Origin: Candidatus Omnitrophota bacterium
GTDB taxonomy: Bacteria > Omnitrophota > Gorgyraeia > Gygaellales > Profunditerraquicolaceae
Assembly (NCBI GenBank): GCA_026416665.1
Contig: JAOAET010000044.1
Location: forward strand, 2,491-66,490
Direction of reading: 5' to 3'
Length of the DNA: 64,000 bases
Made by a program: the position numbers and the translations under genes. Positions within the stretch are counted from its first letter, which is position 1. Each line of letters starts with the position of its first letter. Of the stretch, positions 57,091 to 64,000 are shown in pieces. The notes under the pieces are model-generated. The model saw nothing but the letters and a program-made list of their open reading frames with translations, ran no database searches and had not been told where the DNA came from.

Positions 57091-57724
57091 GGCTTGTTAC
57101 CTTTCTGGTTATAGAATCTATTATCGTAGTCATCCCTCTCCGAACCATCATCACTCCAATTGCAGCTAACAAAATATACATTACTTTGGCAATGGCACGC
57201 ATACCTCCTTTCCCGAACAGACGATTGAAAAAATCTGTATGTGAAAGTGCAAACCAAACAATAATCATATTTACAACTAAAGCAATAAAGGTCACCAAAG
57301 TTCCGTAACGGTCAACCATAAGAAGTGTGGTAGTTAAAACCGCTGGACCAGTAATAAGAGGGGTACCTAAAGGAAACACCCCCAAATCCTTATCGTGAGA
57401 ATCAACCATCAATCCTTTTGTGTTTGCAGGAAGCAGAAGTCGCGCTGCGATAATAAATAAAAGAGCTCCACCCCCAATTTGAAAATCTGCGATACTAATC
57501 CCAATAAAACGTAGAAGCCATTTTCCTAAAAACATAAACCCAAAAGCTAAAAGGGTAGCAGTAGCCACTGAATCATTAATAATTTTACGGCGCTCTTTTT
57601 TCGTTAAACCTTCTTCAAAGGCCATAAAAATGGGGATATTACCAATTATATCTACTGCAACAAAGAGGGCAATAAATGCAAGAAAATAAGGTTCAAGAAT
57701 TTGTTTTAAAGATGTATTGAACAT
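57080..57724 (-). CDS. marC: MarC family (UPF0056) integral membrane protein
   Basis: 214-aa ORF with 6 TM helices and the VDIIGNIPIF signature. Confidence 0.75.
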   Translation of the reverse strand: MFNTSLKQILEPYFLAFIALFVAVDIIGNIPIFMAFEEGLTKKERRKIINDSVATATLLAFGFMFLGKWLLRFIGISIADFQIGGGALLFIIAARLLLPANTKGLMVDSHDKDLGVFPLGTPLITGPAVLTTTLLMVDRYGTLVTFIALVVNMIIVWFALSHTDFFNRLFGKGGMRAIAKVMYILLAAIGVMMVRRGMTTIIDSITRKVTSHGF

Positions 57725-57730
57725 AGGGCT

Positions 57731-57759
57731 ATTATACCTGTATACTTACTAAAAAACAA
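57731..57759 (-). promoter_or_regulatory. Candidate promoter for marC: -35 TTGTTT, 17-nt spacer, -10 TATAAT. The -10 lies only 6 nt from the ATG, so the mRNA may be leaderless.
   Basis: Plus-strand ATTATA at 57731-57736 and AAACAA at 57754-57759. The marC start codon is at 57724. Confidence 0.3.
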
Positions 57760-57774
57760 GAGAAAAGCTGACTT

Positions 57775-58515
57775 TTAATAATCAATTCTTAAGAGACAAA
57801 GACCTTTGGCTGGTGCAGTTGGTCCAGCCAAACAACGATTCCGTTTTTCAAGAATATGCTGTATCTGTCCGGGTAAAATCTTTCCCCTTCCTACCTCAAT
57901 AAGCGTACCGACAATAGAGCGAACCATAGTATAAAGAAAACCTGAACCCGTAATATCTATATAGATACGGCTGTCTTTTCTTTTTATATTTATCTTTTTA
58001 ATCTGCCTGTGCTTAGAACGCACATTTTTTTTATTATTGCTACAGAAGGAACTAAAATCATGTCTACCAATTAGAAAACGCGCAGCCTTTTTCATTTTCC
58101 TTATATCTAAAGGAAATGGATAAAAATATTCAAAGTTACGCATAAATACACAAGGATAATCACGGTTAAGAATTACATAGCGATAGGTCTTTTCTTTTAC
58201 TTGATAACGGCTGTGAAAATCTGCTGAAACCTGTTCTATCTTTGCTATTTTAATGTCATCGGGCAGTAAACTATTGATACCTAGTTTTAATTTTTTTAGG
58301 TCAATGCCAGAATTAGTCTTAAAGTGTGCTACCTGCATCAATGCATGAACCCCACTGTCGGTTCTGCCGGCAGCAATAAGTTTTACTTTGTGACGAAGAA
58401 TACGCCTTAGATTTTTCTCAATTATTGTCTGGATAGTATAAGAAGTGTTTTTCTGCGCTTGCCAACCATGATAGTTGGTTCCATCATACTGAATGGTCAG
58501 CTTAAGCGTGCGCAT
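57775..58515 (-). CDS. truA: tRNA pseudouridine(38-40) synthase
   Basis: 246-aa ORF with the catalytic-Asp motif GRTDSGVHA. Confidence 0.9.
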   Translation of the reverse strand: MRTLKLTIQYDGTNYHGWQAQKNTSYTIQTIIEKNLRRILRHKVKLIAAGRTDSGVHALMQVAHFKTNSGIDLKKLKLGINSLLPDDIKIAKIEQVSADFHSRYQVKEKTYRYVILNRDYPCVFMRNFEYFYPFPLDIRKMKKAARFLIGRHDFSSFCSNNKKNVRSKHRQIKKINIKRKDSRIYIDITGSGFLYTMVRSIVGTLIEVGRGKILPGQIQHILEKRNRCLAGPTAPAKGLCLLRIDY

Positions 58516-58542
58516 GAAGGATATTTAATAAAACAAATAAGT

Positions 58543-59568
58543 TTATTTAATAAGTTCCAAGGCAATCTGCACAGCGTTTGAGGCAGCGCCTTTTAAAAGA
58601 TTATCGGCAACTACCCATAACCATAAGCCATTCTTGACAAAAGGGTCCTTACGAATACGCCCAACAAAAACCTCTGTTTTTCCTTCTACATCTTTAGGCA
58701 TAGGATATAAAGCCTTTGCTGGGTCATCTACTACAATAACCCCTGGAGCATTTTTAAGTATTTTTCTTACCTTTTCAACAGAAATATATTCCTTCGTCTC
58801 AATATAGACTGCTTCAGAATGGCCAGTACGCACAGGAACGCGCACAGTGGTCGCAGAAATTTTTATTTTCGAGTCGCCAATTATTTTGTGTGTCTCTTTA
58901 ACCAGTTTCCATTCTTCAGAAGTATAGTCATCATCGGAAAAACTTCCGATATGCGGAAAGACATTATAAGCAAGCTGCTGGGGCATTGCACGATTAGGTA
59001 GGTCTACGTGAACATTTTGAAAGTTACTTTTGGCAATTATTTCTAACTCTTGACGTAGTTGTTCCACTGCTTGCTTTCCTGCACCAGAAGCGGCTTGAAA
59101 AGTTGTTACAATCACACGTTTAAGACCAACTGCTTTATATATAGGATATAAAGCAACCACCATCTGAATAGTGGAACAATTAGGGTTAGCAATTATCCCT
59201 TTATGTTTTTTGATTTGTTTGGCATTGACTTCAGGAACTACTAAAGGCACAGTCGGTTCCATTCTAAAATCAGCACCATTATCAATGACTACTGCACCTC
59301 GCTTTACTGCCTCAGGTGCGTATTGAACAGCTGCTCCTTTTTCTCCTTCTGTGCCAGCAAAAAGAGCAATATCTATACCATCAAATGCCTCACCAGAAAT
59401 AGCCCAGACATCGTATTTATATTCGTCTACTTCTATCTGACGACTAGAACGTGCTAAAACACATAATTTACCTATAGGAAAATTAAAACGTCTTAAACAA
59501 CGCAGCATCTCTATACCTACTGCTCCCACACCTACCACTGCTACATTATAAGCTGATTTCTTTTGCAT
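58543..59568 (-). CDS. asd: Aspartate-semialdehyde dehydrogenase
   Basis: 341-aa ORF with a Rossmann N-terminus VAVVGVGAVG and the active-site Cys context NPNCSTIQM. Confidence 0.9.
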   Translation of the reverse strand: MQKKSAYNVAVVGVGAVGIEMLRCLRRFNFPIGKLCVLARSSRQIEVDEYKYDVWAISGEAFDGIDIALFAGTEGEKGAAVQYAPEAVKRGAVVIDNGADFRMEPTVPLVVPEVNAKQIKKHKGIIANPNCSTIQMVVALYPIYKAVGLKRVIVTTFQAASGAGKQAVEQLRQELEIIAKSNFQNVHVDLPNRAMPQQLAYNVFPHIGSFSDDDYTSEEWKLVKETHKIIGDSKIKISATTVRVPVRTGHSEAVYIETKEYISVEKVRKILKNAPGVIVVDDPAKALYPMPKDVEGKTEVFVGRIRKDPFVKNGLWLWVVADNLLKGAASNAVQIALELIK

Positions 59569-59602
59569 AATCTGTTTCCTCCCTACTCTAATAATCGGAT
59601 AA

Positions 59603-60679
59603 TCAGAGATTATTTACTACTAAATCCCCTACCTCTTCAGTAGAATAGCCCATTTTCCCTGCAGCAAGCGACTTTAATTTTGTTCTACATACAGTAATCA
59701 CTGACTGCTCAATTGCTTGTGCAGCTTGTTTTTCACCGATATTTTCGAGCAACATCCCTAATGCACAAATAGCTGCTAAAGGATTAATTACATGTTGACC
59801 TGTGTACTTTGGTGCAGAACCGCCAATAGGCTCAAACATTGAAACACCTTGGGGATTAATATTACCACCTGCAGCAATACCCATACCGCCTTGAATCATT
59901 GCTCCTAAATCTGTGATAATGTCACCAAACATATTATCAGTAACAATCACATCAAACCACTCTGGGTTTTTTACAAACCACATAGTAGTAGCATCTACGT
60001 GGGCATAATCCGTAGTAATATCTGGATATTCCTTGGCCACTTCGTAGAATGTCCTTTCCCAAAGGTCCCACGCATAGGTTAAGACATTGGTCTTACCACA
60101 AAGAGTAAGCTTCTTCTTTTTATTACGTTTACGGCAAAATTCAAAGGCAAAACGAATACAACGTTCCACACCCTTTCTTGTGTTGTAAGAAATCTGTATT
60201 GCTATTTCATCTGGAGTGCCTTTGTTTTTAAACTCTCCCATTCCTTTATATAACCCCTCAGAATTTTCACGTACTACCACAAAATCAATATCCTGGGGTT
60301 TCTTGTCTTTTAAAGGACAAAATTCTTCGTTATACAAGCGAACAGGCCTCAGATTTATATATTGGTCAAGCGAAAACCGTAGTTTCAAAAGAATCCCAGT
60401 CTCAAGAATACCTGGTTTTACTTGTGGATGACCAATTGCACCCAGAAGGATTGCATCAAACTTTTTTAATTCTTCTATATCTTTATCTTCTAAAGTGTTA
60501 CCTGTTTTCAAATAGCGCTCTCCACCAAAATCAAATACTGTTTTAACATAGTCAAAACCAAATTTTTTTGAAGCGGCCTCTAAAACCTTTAGTGCCTGTT
60601 GCACTACCTCTGGACCGGTTCCATCGCCTGGGATAACTGCTATTTTATATTTCTTATTTTCTTTTTTTGGACTTAACAT
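59603..60679 (-). CDS. leuB: 3-isopropylmalate dehydrogenase
   Basis: 358-aa ORF with [13 protein letters not shown] and the [12 protein letters not shown] isocitrate/IPM-DH motifs. Confidence 0.9.
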   Translation of the reverse strand: MLSPKKENKKYKIAVIPGDGTGPEVVQQALKVLEAASKKFGFDYVKTVFDFGGERYLKTGNTLEDKDIEELKKFDAILLGAIGHPQVKPGILETGILLKLRFSLDQYINLRPVRLYNEEFCPLKDKKPQDIDFVVVRENSEGLYKGMGEFKNKGTPDEIAIQISYNTRKGVERCIRFAFEFCRKRNKKKKLTLCGKTNVLTYAWDLWERTFYEVAKEYPDITTDYAHVDATTMWFVKNPEWFDVIVTDNMFGDIITDLGAMIQGGMGIAAGGNINPQGVSMFEPIGGSAPKYTGQHVINPLAAICALGMLLENIGEKQAAQAIEQSVITVCRTKLKSLAAGKMGYSTEEVGDLVVNNL

Positions 60680-61169
60680 AGTTCATCAAACCTCCGCGTT
60701 GAACAATCTCTTGTAAAAATAAAGGAAAAGGTTCAGTAGTATATACTTGATTCTTGGTAATATTCTTAATAGTTCCTTTTACCAGATCTATTTCCAGTTC
60801 ATCATCTTGACTGATAGCCGATACCTCTTTTAATTCCAAAAAAGGTAAACCGATGTTAATGGCGTTGCGATAAAAAATAGCAGCAAAACTGACTGCAATC
60901 ACTGCGGAAATACCACAACCTTTAATAGCTAAAGGAGCATGCTCGCGGGATGAACCGCATCCGAAATTTTTTCCTGCTACAATTATATCACCAACTTTTA
61001 CCTTCTTAGCAAAATCTGGCTGAATATTTTCCATACAGTGGCTACCTAACTCGTTAGGATCAGTAGAAACCAAATATTTAGCCGCAATAATGTCGTCGGT
61101 ATTAATGTTATCCCCAAAGATATGGGCTCTACCCTTTAAGATAAGTGAGGTGATTGTCTGATTTAACAT
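60654..61169 (-). CDS. leuD: 3-isopropylmalate dehydratase small subunit (type 2, short LeuD)
   Basis: 171-aa ORF showing the aconitase swivel domain ([10 protein letters not shown]...[13 protein letters not shown]). Confidence 0.85.
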   Translation of the reverse strand: MLNQTITSLILKGRAHIFGDNINTDDIIAAKYLVSTDPNELGSHCMENIQPDFAKKVKVGDIIVAGKNFGCGSSREHAPLAIKGCGISAVIAVSFAAIFYRNAINIGLPFLELKEVSAISQDDELEIDLVKGTIKNITKNQVYTTEPFPLFLQEIVQRGGLMNYVKSKKRK

Positions 61170-61177
61170 AAACTATC

Positions 61178-62464
61178 CTATTTTGTTAAAACTTCCGGGG
61201 AAATAATTACCCCTGCTACCGCTGAAGCTGCAGCTACCGCAGGACTTGCTAAATACACAAAAGACTTAGGCGAACCCATTCTACCAATAAAATTACGGTT
61301 AGTAGTGGCTAAAGCTGTTTCTCCCTCGGTCAAGATACCAATATGCCCACCCAAACAAGGACCACAAGTTGGTGTTGAAACTACTGCTCCGGCCTTAACA
61401 AATATTTCTATTAATTTCTCTTTTATTGCTTGACGGTATATTTGCTGGGTTGCAGGAATTATAATTAGACGTAATTTTGACTTTACTTTTTTCCCTTTTA
61501 GAATTTTAGCAGCTATTCTTAAATCAGAGATACGACCATTAGTACAAGAACCTATAACTACCTGGTCTAATTTTACCGAACCCAGTTCTGAAACAGGCTT
61601 AACATTACTGGGAAGATGTGGACAGGCAACCTGAGGTTCTAAATCGGATATATCCCATTCATAAACCTTAGCAAATTGTGCATCGCTGTCAGAACGTAAT
61701 TTTTTCCATTCTTCTTTATACTTAGACCACATACTCTTGTTTGTTGTCTTAACATAATCTAATGTAATCTGGTCTACCGCAATTATTCCTGCCCTAGCTC
61801 CTGCTTCAATAGCCATATTTGCCATTGTGAATCTTGAATCCATATCCAAATTATCAACTACAGATCCTGAAAACTCCATCACCGAATATAAAGCACCATC
61901 TACACCAATTTGCCCAATAGTAAACAAAATAATATCTTTACCAGAAATCCACTTATTTGGTCTGCCTTTATAGACAAAACGAATAGTAGACGGAACCTTA
62001 AACCAACACATCCCATCCACAAACGAACGAGCAAGATCTGTTGAACCTACACCAGTAGAATAACATCCCAATGCACCATAAGTGCATGTATGTGAATCGG
62101 CACCAATTACTAATAACCCCGGATAAACAATGCCCTGTTCAGGTAAAAGTGCATGCTCAATACCCATACAGCCCACTTCAAAATAATGAACAAGTTTTTG
62201 TTCTTTAGCAAAGTCTGCTAATATCTTTGCTTGATTAGCACTTTTTCTATCTTTAGCAGGAGTAAAGTGGTCAGGTACAAGAACAACTTTTTTGCGGTCA
62301 AAAACTCTTTTAAAACCTGCCTTTTTAAATTCCTCTATTGCTAAAGGAGCAGTAATATCATTTCCAAGGCACAAGTCAATTTTTGCCTCAATAAACTCTC
62401 CTGGCCGAACCTGTTTTTTTCCACAATGGCGTGCTAATATTTTTTCTGATAGCGTCTGTCCCAT
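61178..62464 (-). CDS. leuC: 3-isopropylmalate dehydratase large subunit (type 2)
   Basis: 428-aa ORF with the aconitase-family Fe-S ligands ([11 protein letters not shown]; SCTNGR; PTCGPCLG). Confidence 0.9.
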   Translation of the reverse strand: MGQTLSEKILARHCGKKQVRPGEFIEAKIDLCLGNDITAPLAIEEFKKAGFKRVFDRKKVVLVPDHFTPAKDRKSANQAKILADFAKEQKLVHYFEVGCMGIEHALLPEQGIVYPGLLVIGADSHTCTYGALGCYSTGVGSTDLARSFVDGMCWFKVPSTIRFVYKGRPNKWISGKDIILFTIGQIGVDGALYSVMEFSGSVVDNLDMDSRFTMANMAIEAGARAGIIAVDQITLDYVKTTNKSMWSKYKEEWKKLRSDSDAQFAKVYEWDISDLEPQVACPHLPSNVKPVSELGSVKLDQVVIGSCTNGRISDLRIAAKILKGKKVKSKLRLIIIPATQQIYRQAIKEKLIEIFVKAGAVVSTPTCGPCLGGHIGILTEGETALATTNRNFIGRMGSPKSFVYLASPAVAAASAVAGVIISPEVLTK

Positions 62465-62533
62465 ATTAAGTTAATTATCATTTTAATTTGTTTTTTTGTT
62501 TAAGAAACAAAACCTGTTATGGGAGGAAGAAAT

Positions 62534-63775
62534 TTATTTAAATTTTTTGACTACTACCGTAGCATTATGCCCACCAAACCCCAAGGAATTGGAAGCGGCT
62601 GCATTTACTGTAACCTTTCTTGCCACATTAGGAACATAGTCAAGGTCACATTCTGGATCAGGATTATCATAATTAATTGTCGGTGGAACCACATCGTTTT
62701 TCACCGCAAGGCAAGTAGCTACAAATTCAATTCCTCCAGCTGCACCTAATAAATGGCCAGTCATAGATTTGGTTGAAGAAACCATTACTTTCTTGGCATA
62801 CTCTCCCAATGCACGTTTAATTGCCATTGTCTCTACAATATCATTTAATTTCGTGGAAGTACCGTGGGCATTAATGTAAGTTAGTTCTTCTGGATTCATC
62901 CGCGCATCACGCAAAGCCCACTGCATTGCCAAAGCAGCACCGTGTCCATCTGGGTCAGGAGCAGTAATATGGTAAGCATCACAAGAAGCACCGTATCCTA
63001 CTAATTCACAATAAATATTTGCCTTTCTTTTTTGGGCATGCTCTAGTGTCTCTAAAACCACAATACCACTTCCTTCGCCCATCACAAATCCATCACGGTC
63101 CCGTTCAAAAGGCCTTGATGCCTTTTCAGGTTCGTCGTTTCGCGTAGAAAGTGCCTTTAGGGCACAAAAACCACCGATTCCTAAGGCGGTAATACAACTT
63201 TCTGTTCCTCCGGCAATCATTACCTCTGCGTCACCTCGTTGCAGAATACGGAATGCATCTCCTATTGAATGTGTTGCTGAAGCACAAGCAGTAGTTACAC
63301 AAAGATTTGGACCATAAAAACGCCAACGGATAGCAATTTGGCCTGCTGCCTCATTGACAATTAAAGAAGGAATAAGAAAAGGAGTAAGTCGACTTGGTCC
63401 ACTTTTATAACATAAAAGTGTCTGCTCCTCCATAATTCGCAAAGACCCTATACCTGAGCCAACCACTACCCCTACTTTTTCTCTGTTTATTTTTTCCAGA
63501 TCTAATCCTGCATCGTTAATTGCCTCTAAAGTAGCAGCAATAGCAAAATGCACAAACCGCTCAGTGCGATGTAGGTCTTTTTTAGTAAAACCGTATTGTA
63601 GAGGGTCAAAATCTTTTACTTCTGCAGCTATTTTAGAATCAAAATTAGTAGGGTCAATTGCAGTCAGACGACCAACCCCACTTTTCCCTGCAATTAAATT
63701 TTTCCAAAAGCTGTCTACATCATTACCTAAAGGAGTAATTGCACCTAATCCTGTAACCACAACCCTATTTTCCAT
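62534..63775 (-). CDS. fabF: 3-oxoacyl-[acyl-carrier-protein] synthase II
   Basis: 413-aa ORF with the active-site Cys in TTACASATHS, His residues in INAHGTSTKLND and GHLLGAAG, and a KAS II C-terminus. Confidence 0.9.
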   Translation of the reverse strand: MENRVVVTGLGAITPLGNDVDSFWKNLIAGKSGVGRLTAIDPTNFDSKIAAEVKDFDPLQYGFTKKDLHRTERFVHFAIAATLEAINDAGLDLEKINREKVGVVVGSGIGSLRIMEEQTLLCYKSGPSRLTPFLIPSLIVNEAAGQIAIRWRFYGPNLCVTTACASATHSIGDAFRILQRGDAEVMIAGGTESCITALGIGGFCALKALSTRNDEPEKASRPFERDRDGFVMGEGSGIVVLETLEHAQKRKANIYCELVGYGASCDAYHITAPDPDGHGAALAMQWALRDARMNPEELTYINAHGTSTKLNDIVETMAIKRALGEYAKKVMVSSTKSMTGHLLGAAGGIEFVATCLAVKNDVVPPTINYDNPDPECDLDYVPNVARKVTVNAAASNSLGFGGHNATVVVKKFK

Positions 63776-63799
63776 AGCAGATTTACCTAATTAAAAGTT

Positions 63800-63823
63800 A
63801 CCCCGCCACAAGCAAAGGGCGGG
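63800..63823 (-). terminator. Hairpin (CCCCGCC, 10-nt loop, GGCGGGG) in the acpP-fabF intergenic region. It is a likely partial terminator/attenuator downstream of acpP.
   Basis: 7-bp GC stem read from the sequence, followed on the minus strand by TAACTTTTAATT. An attenuator-type hairpin at this spot is common in fab clusters. Confidence 0.4.
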
Positions 63824-63854
63824 GTAGGATAAACATTTTTATAAAAAACCTGCC

Positions 63855-64000
63855 TATTTGCTAGCAGTTTTTTCTTCAATATACTTAATTGCTTCGCCGA
63901 CAGTAGTAATTTTTTCGGCATCCTCATCGGGGATTTCAATTGAAAATTCTTCTTCAAACGCCATTACTAACTCCACGGTGTCCAAAGAGTCAGCCCCCAA
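63855..64000 (-). CDS. acpP: Acyl carrier protein, C-terminal part (5' end beyond the window)
   Basis: Minus-strand translation gives ...[47 protein letters not shown] with a TAG stop at 63857-63855. DSLD is the phosphopantetheine-attachment motif. Confidence 0.85.

Overview
This is an AT-rich (roughly 35-40% GC by eye), very compact bacterial chromosomal window. All protein-coding genes but one lie on the minus strand, and many adjacent genes overlap by 4-40 nt. The GAF-GGDEF gene is the only plus-strand gene; the SecG, TpsB/SurA and PilZ/GGDEF signatures and the Bcd/EtfAB operon suggest an anaerobic diderm. Housekeeping content is an oppABCDF peptide transporter, pgk-tpiA-secG, surA-pdxA-rsmA, a shortened mfd, secDF-yajC-rpsP and a his operon (hisDBHA-x-FI) with a trpE-like gene. 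It continues with alaS-recX-htrA-recA, a GAF-GGDEF cyclase, smc, a Bcd/EtfAB operon carrying a PilZ gene, glgC, truA, asd, leuBDC, fabF and acpP. The main accessory locus is a two-partner (type Vb) secretion system at ~12.6-26.0 kb. It comprises a TpsB transporter and an 11.3-kb tpsA gene for a 3777-aa exoprotein: an N-terminal TPS domain, at least 9 autotransporter-type PATR repeats in three tandemly duplicated modules, a seven-bladed RCC1 beta-propeller and an unrecognised C-terminal domain. Other notable items are a >=1442-aa secreted protein of unknown function at the window start, an N- and C-terminally truncated Mfd, a PilZ c-di-GMP receptor gene inside a CarCDE-like acyl-CoA dehydrogenase/ferredoxin-EtfA operon, and two perfect-consensus sigma70 promoters (recA and a small Xis-like HTH gene upstream of smc). 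I found no rRNA, tRNA, CRISPR array, transposase or integrase.
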